Shown: positions 50,171-62,384 of the stretch, piece after piece
How positions within the stretch are numbered: the stretch's first letter is position 1
Layout of the letters: every line of letters begins with the position of its first letter
Source: Octopus sinensis
Lineage: Eukaryota
DNA length: 64,000 nucleotides
Assembly: GCF_006345805.1 (NCBI RefSeq)
Contig: NC_043011.1
Span: 21,588,464-21,652,463, forward strand
Direction of reading: 5' to 3'
The notes under the pieces: model-generated
Database searches by the model: none
The model's input: only the letters and a program-made list of their open reading frames with translations
What the model was told of the DNA's origin: nothing
Position numbers and translations under genes: made by a program

Positions 50171-51668
50171 CTGATCTAAAACCAGAGATCACTTAACAAC
50201 AAAGAAATCCAGTTTTTCTGCGAAGTCGGAACACGATCAAACTCTACGCATTCATCTTTCGACGATTTGTTTCCGGCCACCACAAACAGTTGTAGAAGGA
50301 GCCTCTTTCTTATTCTACAGCCATGATGACGAACGCCATCATATCAACGATGCCTTTTCTCCACCTTCGTCATCGCCATCGTCGTCTTTCTACTTCACGT
50401 CGTCGCTATCTTCGTCGCCATCATCACTAAGAACGATGTTGTCTCAAGTCCACTACAGTCGCCACCACCACCGTCGCCTTTCAACACCGTCGACCAAGAT
50501 GTACATAGCAACTCGCGGAACTTTAGCGTGCACGCTGTATGTGCATATGCACACCAAGGATTAACAGCACCGTCTATCTACGAGATTTCTTCTGTACCCA
50601 GTTAACCTGTCACAGCATCGAAGCTACAACCGCTACACATTGTGTTTAACCGGCATCTGCATTTTTGTGATTTCAACATTCTGTTACAGAACGAACTGCT
50701 ATTGTGCATCAGGCTATTACAGACTGGTAAACTAACTCCATTGTCTGGAATAGCCTTGAGAGACATTTTTTCTATGCGCTGTATTATTATTTTGCTCGCA
50801 TTTCACCTTGTATGTATTTTTGTCGCACACACGTACACACACATAAATGCTATCTCTCACATACATACGTCACACATGCTTTTCTCGCTTGTTTTTTTGT
50901 TCCATGCTAAATTTGCCTTTTGTGGACACACCTCATTTCTATAGACCCTAGGAGTCTCGTATACATAGAGAGGGTTGTTTGTCCATTATAACGCGCCGGC
51001 ATGCCATACCTTTGTTCCTGTACGAACGAGGCATATAATCGCTCAACCACTGGCATATTCATTGCTGTTTTTCGGTCTGGCAAGCACTATTGCATTTCAT
51101 GCGCCTTTGCTTCGCACGTGTACTGCCTTGTTTTTGCAACACGTTTGCGTTGGCTTAGTTCTTTTCCCGACTCATAGGACGTCGGATGTTCACATGCGCT
51201 GCGCCTATGTATAGGCGTAATTATTTTTCCCTGTTAGACTCCTGTTGGTCACGTAATTAACAGAGAAAATTATCTGTGTCGCGCATCACACCAGCATGCT
51301 TGCACTTTTGCTTTTGTGTTACTAGCGATCTATCTGTCGATTCCATTTCCTCTCCTGCAGCAATTGACTTAACTGCTATTTCGCAGGATCAACTACCTTT
51401 AGAGAAGTTGGATTTAATTTCGCCTAGGTTCATTAACTGTGAGTTTTGCTTTCCTTCCGCTGGTCAGCGGAAGGCTCTATACTTTGTGACGTATCCACTT
51501 TCATGCATGCACTTTTGAATTTTGCTCATTTTGAGTATTTTTTCCTTTAGTAAATTTCTTGTGTATGATGTAAATTTTGCCATTTTATTATATTGTGTGC
51601 TATTTGGTTATCTGGTGTCCACCTTGAGTTTTAAAGTCACTACAAAGGATTTTGTGTCGTGCTACGCA

Positions 51669-51682
51669 CTGGAGGGGAGCCT
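51669..51682 (+). other. Polypurine tract of the LTR element
   Basis: ctGGAGGGGAGcct immediately before the 3' LTR. Confidence 0.75.
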
Positions 51683-52709
51683 TGTAGTGATCCTATAACG
51701 GCGCGCGCTCGCGCACCGTCCATTTGTATTTCGCGCGTGCGGAGGTGGTGCTTTCACCACCGGAAGAAGAACCCTTTTGCCTACGTAGCAGTTAGCCGAG
51801 GCAAGGGGATCGTAAGACGTTGACCACCAGCGTCCAGCAAGCAGCGACTGAAGGCGACGGTCACGTATATATTCTCTCCGTCCGGACTTGATTCTAGCAG
51901 CACCTTACCAAAAGGCCTTTAACCAAATTGTTGCAGACCACATCTCCCTGTTCCGGACGCCATCTTTGACCAGTGTCGTTTTGCATTTGAACACTTTCTT
52001 ATTTTACAGCGATAAGGTTCAGCACTGACACATTTATATCAAAGGGATACCAGATAACCACTTATTGTTACTGTTACCACATTAGAGAATAAAGTAGTAT
52101 ATATATCTTTTACGTCTGCGTCTTGTTGTTTCTGACTGGTAGAATTCTGGATTATTAAAGCAACGGCTAGTGATTGCCTCTTGTACCCCGAAAGTACAAG
52201 AGAAGATATATTCACACACAATAAGTTCGTTACAGGTCCGTGTAAACATTCAAATAACAACGAAAAATATAACAAATAAAACTCCCAATAGGGGGAGGCA
52301 CTTCGAAAGGTTACTCGTGGAAAAACCCATAAAAGCCACGGGGGCCTGGTCAAAAAGGGGTAGGGAGCCCCTTCTTTTATATTACCTTTTTGGGGGGATC
52401 TTTTCGGTTTGACCGGCAGTTTTTTTTTAATAATTTCCATGTAACTAAACACTTTTAAACTTCGTATACTGGTAGAATATGTTTATAAAACATCTTTTTC
52501 TCTTGGCTTTATTGAGAAAATTCTAGTTTGTAAGATATTTGTTGTTGCTTTTTCTTCAATTTCTGCAATTTCAACCAATCACTGACGTATTTGAGGTAAA
52601 AAAAAAAAAAACATTCTGTGCCGTATGAATATGTCCCTCGTTTAAGAAACAGATTGGGTTTATTTACATTTGTGAAGAAAATAGAAAATAGACAAAAACC
52701 AAGTAGATT

Positions 52710-54720
52710 CTCAATGTATGTTATCCAAATCAAAAGAGGAAAGTGTTACTCATATAGTAAGTCAATGTAGCATGCTGGCACAGAAAGAATACAATAAAAG
52801 ACATGACGACCTAGGAATTGACCGTACTGATAAATGGTATGAACATGAACCTAGTAAAGTACTAGAAAGTAACAAATGTAAAATGTTGTGGGACTTTAAC
52901 ATTCAAACTGACAGAGTAATACAAGCTAGAAGGCCTGATTTAGTAGTAGTAGACAAAGAGAATAGAAAATGCCAGATAATTGACTTTACAGTTCCAAATG
53001 ATGAAAAAATCAATGTGAGAGGTATAGAAAAATAGCAAAGTACCAAGACCTAGCCCTTGAATTACCAACACTATGGAAAGTGCAAGTAAAATATATCCCA
53101 GTAGTTATAGGTGCATTAGGAACTATCCCTAAAGATTTGAACAGGTGGATAAAGGAAGTAGGCATAAAACCCAGTGTATTACAGCTCCAGAAAACAGTGT
53201 TATTAGGGACAGCTAGGATATTTAGGAGGGTTCTTGTCATCTAAGGTTACTTGTTGAAGCTCGTTGTTAGAAATTTTTCTATTCAAACAGTCTAATCTGT
53301 TGTGTGCATATGAATAAACAATAATGGACAGTATATACTTCGGAGCCGAAATGCTGATATAGACCAAGCAACAATCCATCAGTGGCTGAGAAGCTCAGGA
53401 CTGAAAGCAGAGACTGAAGATTTCATATTGGCGGCACAAGATCAAAGCTTGCTCACCAAAAACTACCAGGCTAACAGTCTTCAAAACGGTTCTGATCCTA
53501 AATGCAGATTCTGTGATAAATTTGACGAAACAATAGATGTTCTCATCTCGGGATGCCCTGTGCTGACACCAATTGAATGCAAAAATTTCCACGATAGAGT
53601 AGGACAGTATTTACATTGGAAAATATTTAAACACTACAAAATCAGCATTCTTGTTTACTGGTATGAACATCATCCTGAGCCAGACATTGAAGGTAAAAAT
53701 GTCACTATCCTCTGAGATTTTCCAGTCAACACCGACAGAATGATCCAGGCTAATCGATTAGACATAGTCATTAAAGACAGAAAATAAAATACTTGTAGGC
53801 CAATAGGTGTAAGTGTTCCCACTGATAAAAAAAATATCTGTAAAGGAATTTGACAAATTAAGTAAATATAAGGACCTGGAAATTGAAATACAAAAGATGT
53901 GACATTTTAAAGTGAGAACTGTTCTTGTTATTGTGGGTGCCCTAGATATGATAAGAAAGGGATGTCAAAAACATCTAGGTAATATCCCAGGAGAACCATG
54001 TCTCAATCCAAATGATTGTACTGACAAATACTGCCCACATCCTTAGAAAAACCCTATCATTTTAAATGTATGTGTTGTATTACATGAAGGTATTTCACTA
54101 CTGCCCCCTGTCACTTCCCCTTCCCAGGCTTTCAGTCATACTGTAACATCTCTTATCTTTCACTCACCCTAGGTTGCTGGGTGTGTCTTGGCAAGTGATT
54201 GTAACAAACATGCAGATTAAGAGAGTGGCAGGTCGGAGACTAGCAAAAGTTTCTGGGATTTCCCCAATCCAAACAGATCAGGTGCTAGAGCATAACAGAC
54301 CAGACCTAGTGGTGGTGGACAAGGTGTGCAACATATGCTATATAGTTGACACTGCATGCCCCTTTGACCCATGAATAGTCAAGAAGGAAGGTGGAAAGGT
54401 AAATAGATACAACCCTCTTAAGTACAAAATAGTTTGGCTATGGAAAACAAAAGTGAAGACAGTACCAATTATTGTTGGGTGCTTGGGAACAGTATCAGAA
54501 GGCATCAAAAGGAACATAAAGGAAATTGGAATAGAGTGCCCAGTAGAACTGTTACAAAAGGTTTGCCTCCTTGGCATGGCCAGAATAATCAGGAAAGTAT
54601 CAGATAGCTGAAAAGAATGAATAGCATGGTATCGTAGGCTGCAGGTAGTAAGCCTGCCATGCATGTAAGACTCCAGGAGATCCAATAAAACCTATGATAA
54701 AGAGATAATAATAATAATAA
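52710..54720 (+). mobile_element. Three tandem 3' fragments of R4/Dong-clade (restriction-like endonuclease) non-LTR retrotransposons
   Basis: CCHC-type C..C...ET..H..S.C and RHD motifs plus the PD..D-E.K endonuclease (RPDLVVVDK...IID..VP.D...K..KY.DL...W...PV.IGALG) occur at ~52710-53245, ~53340-54065 and ~54250-54612; ends in an (AAT)n tail at 54706-54720. Confidence 0.85.
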
Positions 54721-55212
54721 TGCAGTTTGCATTCCATCCTTTATTATATGGTAGAACAGGGTTCAAAAACTTTCGAATTTTTAACTTTTGAAGGTGCTGA
54801 AAAAAACAGATTAACTGTGCATTCTTGCCCACACACACATGCGCGCGTGAGTGTACTCACTGTACACTCAGTAAAATTGTATGGTAACCATAGAGTTTTA
54901 CAGATTTATGCATTTATAAAAATCAATAAATTGATTCTTATGAATGTGTAGATTCATGAAAATCAATTTATTCATTTCAAGAATGTGTGTCATTTATCAT
55001 ATTCATGTTTCATTGATTGGCCTGCAGCCATGCTGGAGCTCCAACCTGAATGGTGCTTTTAGCAAAACAGATACACCATGATATTTGCTTTTAAGTTTGG
55101 TACTCATTCAATTGGCCTCTTTTTTGTCAAACTTCAAGGTTACAAGGACATAAACAAACTAACACCAGTTGTCAATCGTGGTGGAGGCAAGCACAAAGAT
55201 GTATGCACAAGC

Positions 55213-55244
<32 letters not shown>

Positions 55245-55479
55245 ATAATATACATATTGGGTTTAGCTCCTTGTAGTTAACTTTTTGTTGGATACCTGCT
55301 CATTCAGGTCCCACCTCAAACTAAACGAAAGAGAAAGACTGTCGTATATTAACAAAGCTTCCTTTTATTCATTAGATTGGCCATAAAGGAAGCTGTGGGC
55401 TGGACAAAGACATAATGAAATGAAATGATAAACGATATGATAATAATGAGGGTAACAGGCAACGCCCACCAATTGCTGC

Positions 55480-56420
55480 TTACCCGAGCACATTGTTCTT
55501 TATAAATACCATATTTGAGGCAACAAACCTCTTACATAGTTCAAAGTAAAACATCACTGAGGCAATAAACCTCTTACATTTACAACACAAAAGCCATTGT
55601 GAGGCAATAAACCTCTTACACAAGTCAATTATAAAATCAATGAAACAATACAAATGAGGCACCAAGCCTCTTACTTTAAACACTTACAACCCTTCCTGCC
55701 TGACTAGACTTATCGCCTTAGTTAAACACCTGGACAGCACCAAGTCAGGCCAATTTAACATGAATCTGAAGGTATCCTCGGGGAAGGAGACCATTATCCT
55801 GCACAGGTCAGTTTCCCATATGACCTCCGCAGCCACCAGCAAAGGTCAGCCAGGGTCCTCTGTGCAGGAATGCCCAGTAGTGTGTCGATGCAGCTCCGAG
55901 GCTATGATCTATGAAGAAAAAGTGGTGTCCGGCAGTAGAAGTAACAACAACACTGGTAGCAACACAATAGCAGCACCAACAACATAGGGACACATACACA
56001 GAAATATGCTGGAACAACAGAGTTCCCATTTAAGCTACGACTAAATGACCACAGGCCCTCTTTTAGGATCCCAGAGAGGTGCAACGTTATGGCATTGGCC
56101 AACTACATATGGTCTTTAAAAGAAGAGGGAATGCCATACAGGGTTACATGGAGGCTTCTGGACCAGCTTCAGCCATACCCCAATGGAAGCAGATGATGAA
56201 AACTTTGCTTGACCGAGAGGGTAAGGATCTTTAAAACTTTGTTTGATCCGAGTGCCTTCTTAAATTCAAAAAGTGAGATTATTAGTCGGTGCCTTATGAT
56301 AAAAAATTCATGTTGAAAACATGGGCCCCTTCGCTTGCTGACTAGTGAGCGGAAAACAGAAGTAAACTAATCCTTCTCAAACACATCTGGAACGTTCAAA
56401 TGAAGACAACTCCATCATTC
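55480..56420 (-). mobile_element. Heavily decayed L1/Tx1-like RT fragment
   Basis: Residual similarity to LDQ.KAFD and VNG..S..F...V.QGCPLS..L..L RT segments on the minus strand; many stops. Confidence 0.35.
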
Positions 56421-57622
56421 CCAGAAAGGGCTTCGCATTTTATTTAGAGTGTGCTTTTTTCGGATTTATGGACAACTGACTGGTTGTGTGTGTGTGTGCA
56501 TGTGTGCCTCTGTAGGTGTGTGTGTGTGCACGCGTGCGTATGGGTAGGTATGTGTGTGTGTGCATGAGTGCGTGCGCAAGACTATGTCTGTTTGTCCCCA
56601 CCACTACTTGACAACCGGTGTTGGTGTGCTTATGTCCCCATAACCTAATGGTTAGGCAAAAAGGATCCATAGAATAAATACCAACCTTTAAAAAATTAAG
56701 TGCTAGGATTGATTCATTCAACCAAAACACTTCAAAACATGCACCAACATGGCCACAGTCTAATGACTGAAACAAGATATGTTGCCAGACTGGCTTCTGT
56801 GCAGGTGGCACATAAAAAACACCATTTGAGCGTGGCTGTTGCCAGTACCACCTGACTGGTCCTCATGCTGGTGGCACATAAAAGCACCCACTACACTCTC
56901 AGAGTGGTTGGCTTTAGGAAGGGCATCCAGCTGTAAAAACTCTGCCAGATCAAGATTGGGGCTTGGTACAGCCATCTGGTTTGCCAGTCCTCAGTCAAAT
57001 CGTCCAACCCATGCTAGCATGGAAAGCTTCCAAACAGTTTCCGTTGGTCAAATTCACTCACAAGGCATTGGTTGGCCAAGGGTTATAGTAAAAAAATGTC
57101 CAAGAAGTCACACAGTAGGACCATGCAATCGCAAAGCAGGCTTCTTCACTACATAGACATGTTTGCGCCTATATTCATAAAATCTGTTTATTATCAATGA
57201 TAACTTAATTTTAAGCAATGAAAACTATGATCGAATTACCTATTTCTATTAACAATAAAGTAGCATTTACGAACATTTCTACTTTTAAAACAGGTGTGAT
57301 TGACAGTTTTCTGAGAAACAGATTACATGAGACATGATTCATGTCTAAGGCATGCCACACTATTGACAATAATTCAAGATAAGCTTTTGTTAGACATGTA
57401 TTCCAGAGGTAACTCCAGACGGTTTGGTGGGTATGGGTTACTTTTTTAAAATCTCGACATACTTTTGCAATTAATGAGAGGTAATTTACTATACAACGTA
57501 GTTGGAAATGAGTAATGCTAAAATTATGAAGGGTATTCCAAACATTTATCTTACTTTAATCATTGATAAAACTTGATAAATGATTGATTTTATGAATATA
57601 AACAGCAAAAAATCATTCTTAA

Positions 57623-58731
57623 ACCTTTCAGCCCGTAACACCAGTTTACTGGTGGATGACTTATTTTTCTCTATACCGTAGCATCTGTAGGTACAGTATA
57701 TGCTTCGACCGTGCGAATGAGAGGTGACGATGAATGGCTCCTTTAATACATCGCACGGTCTATTACAATAAATACAAAAAGTATAAGTGTGTACAAGTGC
57801 CAGAAGGAAAAGAGAGACACAACTGGTAGAAGGTTTAAGAGAAGATTTCATTGATAGATTAATATGTGTGTCTGTGTGTGCGTCATAAGTACATATATAA
57901 TAATAATAGACAGGCTATCATTATACATAATGTGTATGTGTATGCATTAAAATACAGAGCATTGAAAGAGTCTATAATAGGATGCTAGATGAATGTTCAG
58001 ACACAAGGATAATAAATACCAATTCATAGTCGAGGTACACGATAGTTGAGGTGCTGTAACAAGAAATTGTGGCAAAGAAGCAGAGCCGGTTGAGGCACAT
58101 GTGTAAGAAGTTGTGGCTACTATGCTGCTGCGGTCACTTGACACAGGAAGTTCTCACAGGCTGTGCCCACTGTTAACCATGATGAAGTAATTCACAAACA
58201 GTGAGGAAATAGAACCTGTGGCGAGGATTGCTGGTTGCTGTGTAAGTAGAGATATGTGTTGACGACATTAAGAAGACAGAGGCGACAGAGATGGAGATCC
58301 TGAATGCTGCTAGACGAAGTTGAGTTGTCGCTGGAACAGGTTGTGTGCTCTGTGGTCAGTGGTTAGACCTTAGAAGGTCTAGAACCGAAAGACATCCAGG
58401 CGGTGTTGAAGCTAGCTTTTATACTGTACTATCGACTCACTGGATGTTTGGAAGAAACTGTCTCACATGACCTTATCAGAAGGTCGCGATTGGTTGGGTT
58501 GCACATTGGCGCATAACAGAGCAAGAGACAAACTGTGCCAATACCAACCAATCAGAGTAGTGGACGCAACAGGGTCCAAAAGGGCGGCCGAAAGCTAGCT
58601 GTTATCTACTATGTCTGTACTTATGTATATATAACAGAGATAGAGTCCACTACACATCGCTCTATGCCGTAGCACCAGTAGAATGCTAGGTATATGGTAA
58701 AATAAGGTTCAGGAGGTCAGGGCTCAAAGGG
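57623..58731. mobile_element. piggyBac-like non-autonomous element (1109 bp)
   Basis: TTAA on both sides; imperfect TIRs ACCTTTCAGCCC / GGGCTCAAAGGG (10 of 12 match); subterminal inverted similarity (TTATTTTTCTCTATACCGTAGCAT vs ATGCTAGGTATATGGTAAAATAA). Confidence 0.55.
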
Positions 58732-59022
58732 TTAAGTTTACTCTAATGGTAAAATAGCAAAATAAGCTAAATCTGCCATTGAGTCCCTTTTTTAATAAAG
58801 TACTTTTTTTTTCAAATTTCTATATTAAAAAGGAAAAAACTCACATTAGATAATGTAATCCAGGTTTGCACTATGTCTGTGAAAAAGATGAGATCGTCAT
58901 GACTGGAGCGCCGTTGATCATACTGTCTGCTTGATCAGTGGCGACTTGTGGCTCAACAACTTTGTATTTCTCGTAAATACCTGGAACAAAATTGATGATA
59001 GGCTGTCTTTCTAGTTTATTTA

Positions 59023-60308
59023 TCAGGTCATCCCATAAGTAATGTCCAGACTTCTATATTTTCAATTTGTAAACGCTTTACGGCATTTTAGAATGTCTAA
59101 TGACATCAAGTAATATTTATGGGTGTTTGGACGTATTTAAACTTATTAAATTTAATTTTGCCGGATAATCTAATTGAAATTTCACTAATTATAGTTCTTC
59201 AAACATGAAAGTGTCTGTGGAGAATTTGAGGCACATAATGCTTTATGAATTTAAAAAGGGGAACTTTGCAGTTGAAGCAACTCAAAATATTCACTCAGCT
59301 TATGGGGAAGAGTGCCTGAATGAAAGAACTTGCAGAAGATTGTTTGTAAAATTCAGAAGTGGAGATTTCAGCCTTGAAGATGAGACCCGAACAGGACGTC
59401 CAATTGAGTTTGATGACAAGATCCTTTTGGCAGAACTTGAAAAAGTTCATGCAGTTTCAGTTGAAAAATTGGCAAGCAAGCTTTGTTCAAGCCACACAAC
59501 TGTTCACCGCTATCTTCAACAGCTTGAAAAGGTCCTAAAACTCGGGAAATGAGTACCTCATGATTTGTTTGAAGCCAACTGCAAGTTCCGAGTGGACATC
59601 TGCTCTTCTCTTCATTCTCCTGAACTCATCTCACACTGTTTGGACAGATGGGTGACCGGTGATGAAAAATGGATCTTTTATCAAAATGTTAAGCGTCATA
59701 GTCATTGGCTTGGTGAAGGGGAAAAGGTACAACCACAACCGAAAAGGGAACTCCATGCGAAGAAGGTACTTCTCTCTGTTTGCTGAGATTGCAAAGGAGT
59801 CATCCACTTTGAGTTGCTACCAACTAATGTAACAATCAATACTCAAATTTACTGTCAGCAATTAGAGCGTTTGAACACTGCACTGAAGAAAAAAGGACTG
59901 CTTTAGTGAATCAAAAGGGAGTAATGTTTCATCGGGACAATGCAAGACCCCAACACTGGAAAGATCATGCCACAAGATCAAAGAAGTTGACTGGGAGAAA
60001 ATTGCTCATCTACCTTACTCTCCAGACCTTGCTCCTTCAGATTACCATTTGTTCCATAGTTTACAGAAAGAATCATTTAGATCGATTGGCTCTCAAAACT
60101 GCTCTTTCGGGAAGTCGAAACTGACCTTTCAGACTTCTTTTCGAAACTAAAAGTTTTTCACTAATGGAGTTAAAAAGTTTATGAGTAGATGGAAAGATGT
60201 CATAAATAATTATAGAAAATATATAGACGATTAAGTTCATTAACATCTAAGATTTGCTCACTTGTTTTCCTTATTTAAAATCCCGATATTACTTATGGGA
60301 TGACCTGA
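59023..60308 (+). mobile_element. Full-length decayed mariner transposon (DD34D)
   Basis: TIRs TCAGGTCATCCCATAAGTAAT (21 bp identical), TA TSDs, 1286 bp. Transposase from ATG 59205 with an HTH region, VTGDEKW, FHRDNARP and YSPDLAPSDYHLF motifs, broken by stops and frameshifts. Confidence 0.95.
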
Positions 60309-62311
60309 TACAATCTATTTTTAAAAGCTTCACCCCACCAGGAGTAAAATAGAGTACCAAGTGCTAGTGAGAGAAAAATAAAGTCAGTAAGTTACCTTAA
60401 TGCTGTAGCGGTTCATTATGAGGCTGTGTGGTAAGAAGTTTACTTCCCAACGGCATGGTTCCGAGTTCAGTCCCACTGCATGTCACCTTGGGCAATTGTG
60501 AATGGATTTGATAGATGAAAACTGGAGTGTGTGTGTGTGTGTGTTTCTATACGTCTTCCCTCTGTCATCGTTTGAAAACTGGTGTTGGTTTGTTTACCTC
60601 CCTATAACTCAGCAGTTCGCCAACACAGACTGATAAAATAAGTACTCCTCTTTCACCTTTCCAACCTCTCCTACTAATGGCATTACCCTGTTGTCTTTCT
60701 ATACCAGACCATAACTAGGTTGCCTGAGGTCCACCAGCATGTTAAAAAAAAACGTACTAGAGGTCGAATTCTTTGACTAAACCCGCCAAGGTGGCACCCC
60801 AACTTAGCCGCCACCTAATGATTGAAACAAGTAAAAGTGTGTGTGTGTGTGTGTGTCATATCGTCAAACAACATATTACTGCTTGTGGCACGTAACTGAT
60901 CAGAATGTTACCGTCGGTTTTACAAGACAATGTTGACAACTCTTCAGACATGTTAGCTGGAAGCACACAACCTCTTTAGCGCTTGAAGTACTTCACTTAT
61001 GTTTGTATTTTCTTCTAGTTGGAATTTGTATTTTAATGTGGTTTTGTATTATATATGTATCATATGCATACGTGTTATATATGTAATCATTAAATTAGCT
61101 ACAGAAATGCTTCCAACTTTTAAGCTTTTCAAATACTTTGACGAAGAAAAGAAATATTTTATGAGTACAAAATCTATTTTTTATCTCATTAATAAAAAGA
61201 GATGTCTGCCAAAATATCTCGCTATTTAGTAAAGCCCTTGTTATAAGTTACTGATACCTATTTCTTTACTACCCACAAGGGGCTAAACACAGAGAGGACA
61301 AACAAGGACAGACAAACGGATTAAGTCGAATACATCGACCCCAGTGCGTAACTGGTACTTATTTAATCGATCCCGAAAGGATGAAAGGCAAAGTCGACCT
61401 TGGGGGAATTTGAACTCAGAATGTAGCGGCAGACGAAATACTACTAAGCATTCCGTCCGACGTGCTTCAAATATAAGCTACTGATACCGTAAACCGCAAC
61501 TTAGTAACATCTTAATTCTTTTCCTTTTTCTCGTCAGATTAAATTTACTTAATTTGATATATAGAAACTGGAGTGTGTGTATGTGCATAATTAAGTAAAT
61601 TTATCAATGTACAGTAAGCACAGGAAGTGATTATGAAACACTTTCATCAGACCTTTTAATGCTTCTCTCTTTTTAATATTTCTTTTCTTCTCTCCCTTCT
61701 TTGTCCCTTCACTCTCTCCCCCTCTCTGCTTCTCTTCTTTTATGTGTGAGTATATTTCTTTTCGTGTGTATTGAGAACAAGGAAAATGTTTACTTCAATC
61801 ATATTCTATTAATAAATTATAATCTCTCTCTCTCTCTCTCAGGCTATCAGATGTTGCTACACATCGCTGGTCACAATACGCTTCGCACTGTTTTAGCCTT
61901 CAAATGATGCCATCCCGCTGGCTAAACAGCAGGCCAACAGAAGAAAGAGTGAAAGTTGCAATGAAGGCATACTGCAGGGATCACCACCACCCCCTGCTGG
62001 AGCCTCATGGAGCTTTAGGTGTTTTCGCTCAATAAATACTCACAATACCCGGTCTGGGAATCGAAACCTCGATCCTACGACCGCGAGTCCACTGCCTTAA
62101 CCTCCACACACACACACATAATATACGCCAGCTAAGTTGTACTGTCTATTAGTCGTAAGACACCCGTTGTTTTTGTCTTGTTTTTACTATTATTGTTTTT
62201 TGTATTTTATATTCGAGTGGCATCGTCCGTTTTTCTGTCCCTGTTTCGTATACATTCGATCCTTTTTCCAAGAAATCTAATGCTCGTAGCTTAGTTTTTC
62301 CTTGGGGCTGG

Positions 62312-62384
62312 CCGGATCGGAGCGATCTCAAGATTAATCAGCCGAAATTGCTAGGATGATCCGGTTCTTGACTGAAGATTGAAG
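62312..62384 (+). ncRNA. Rearranged (non-circularly permuted) hammerhead-like motif
   Basis: Order is AGCGAT-C-TCAAGA, TTAATCAGCC-GAAA-TTGCT, TCTTGA-CTGAAGA-TTGA. Stem III (6 bp + 7 bp) and stem I (6 bp) are perfect; stem II is broken. Confidence 0.6.

Larger units (their letters stand above)
49599..52234 (+). mobile_element. Non-autonomous Gypsy-like LTR retrotransposon (2636 bp)
   Basis: 552-bp LTRs at 49599-50150 and 51683-52234 (TGTA...TACA), one visible mismatch; 4-bp TSD GGTC (49595-49598, 52235-52238); PBS and PPT present; 1.5-kb interior with no intact gag/pol. Confidence 0.95.

Noticed and set aside
52039-52452. 137-aa minus-strand ORF
   Set aside because: Spans the 3' LTR and flanking repeat; chance frame, duplicated in part at 49955-50137.
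59548-59790. TGA codons in the mariner ORF as recoded Sec or Trp
   Set aside because: They replace conserved Trp codons alongside frameshifts, with no SECIS; ordinary decay.
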